Shown: positions 37,487 to 38,190 of the stretch, piece after piece
Numbering within the stretch: position 1 is the stretch's first letter
Layout of the letters: each line of letters begins with the position of its first letter
Assembly (NCBI RefSeq): GCF_001642725.1
Contig: NZ_LSUQ01000007.1
Coordinates: forward strand, 62,001 to 100,190
Reading direction: 5' to 3'
Source of the DNA: Ferroacidibacillus organovorans
GTDB lineage: Bacteria > Bacillota > Bacilli > Alicyclobacillales > SLC66
Length of the DNA stretch: 38,190 nt
Translations under genes and position numbers: made by a program
The notes under the pieces: generated by a model
What the model was told of the DNA's origin: nothing
The model's database searches: none
Seen by the model: the letters and a program-made list of their open reading frames with translations, nothing else

Positions 37487-38190
37487 GGCGATCGCAGACG
37501 CGCTTTCAAAGAAGCGGGGCGCCGGGTTTATTCCGTTTTTAAGTGCGGGAGATCCCGATGCGGAGATCAGTTTTCAACTGCTCACTCAGCTCGCCGCGTT
37601 TTCAAGCGTGATTGAAGTAGGCATCCCATACTCTGACCCGCTGGCGGACGGCCCGGTGATTCAAGATGGATCACTGCGCGCGCAAAAGCAGGGGATGAAC
37701 CTGCCGAAGGCGCTACAACTGATTGCGCGTGTGCGCGCAGTGACGGATGTGCCGATCGTCGTGTTCACCTACGTAAACCCGGTTCTATCCTACGGTGCCA
37801 AAGAATTAGCAAAAGCGTGTCAAGAGGTGGGCGCCGACGGCATGATCGTCCCCGATCTTCCGCACGAAGAGGCGGGAGATCTGCGCCAAGCGCTACAGGA
37901 GCGGGGGCTCGCGCTCATTCCGCTCGTATCACTTACCAGTGGGGAACGCATCGAAACCATCGCGCGCGCTGCCTCGGGATTCGTCTATTGTGTCTCTAGC
38001 CTCGGCGTAACCGGAGAGCGCCAAGGATTCTCAAGCGACCTGCGCGCGTTTGTCGAGCGCGTGCGCGAGTACAGTTCTGTACCCGTCGCCGTTGGCTTTG
38101 GCGTCAGTCAACCTGAGCAAGTGCGCGAGCTTTCGGATTACACAGACGGCATCGTCGTCGGGAGCGCACTGGTCAGGCGCTGTGCGGCGA
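37467..38190 (+). CDS. trpA: Tryptophan synthase alpha chain, runs off the window end
   Basis: TTG start after [60 protein letters not shown]. Confidence 0.96.
   Translation, partial: MTKRGHEAIADALSKKRGAGFIPFLSAGDPDAEISFQLLTQLAAFSSVIEVGIPYSDPLADGPVIQDGSLRAQKQGMNLPKALQLIARVRAVTDVPIVVFTYVNPVLSYGAKELAKACQEVGADGMIVPDLPHEEAGDLRQALQERGLALIPLVSLTSGERIETIARAASGFVYCVSSLGVTGERQGFSSDLRAFVERVREYSSVPVAVGFGVSQPEQVRELSDYTDGIVVGSALVRRCAA

Noticed and set aside
1..38190. CRISPR array, IS element or rRNA
   Set aside because: No regularly spaced repeats, transposase motifs or rRNA-like sequence were seen.

Overview
Core chromosome of an endospore-forming member of the Bacilli (an Alicyclobacillaceae-like organism is only a guess from gene content). 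The backbone follows the Bacillus subtilis order: der-plsY-gpsA-(gcvH-lipM)-spoIVA-(acyl-CoA ligase, tRNA-Pro)-mtrB-hepS-menG-hepT-ndk-cheR ... aroC-aroB-trpDCFBA. hbs, folE, aroH and trpE are absent from their usual positions. About 18.6 kb of accessory genes lies between cheR and aroC, starting at tRNA-Gly(CCC). It contains tag, a class 3 asparaginase-like gene, three small hydrophobic proteins, a GtrB plus GtrA/GT-C fusion glycosylation pair, a coxG-D-E-M-S-L-like molybdoenzyme cluster, an SGNH hydrolase, Toprim, GNAT and RluA genes, and three tandem M42 peptidases. Best leads: (1) a TRAP-type attenuator with only five (G/U)AG repeats in front of a trpE-less trp operon, with a variant TRAP sitting just behind a tRNA terminator; (2) a molybdoenzyme with the unusual active-site loop AYRGVWGP; (3) an M42 subunit that has lost its metal ligands; (4) an asparaginase homologue lacking the Zn-binding Lys; (5) unannotated microproteins and a decayed GH2 fragment. 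I saw no mobile element, CRISPR array or defence system. All calls come from motif recognition without database searches, so novelty is not established.
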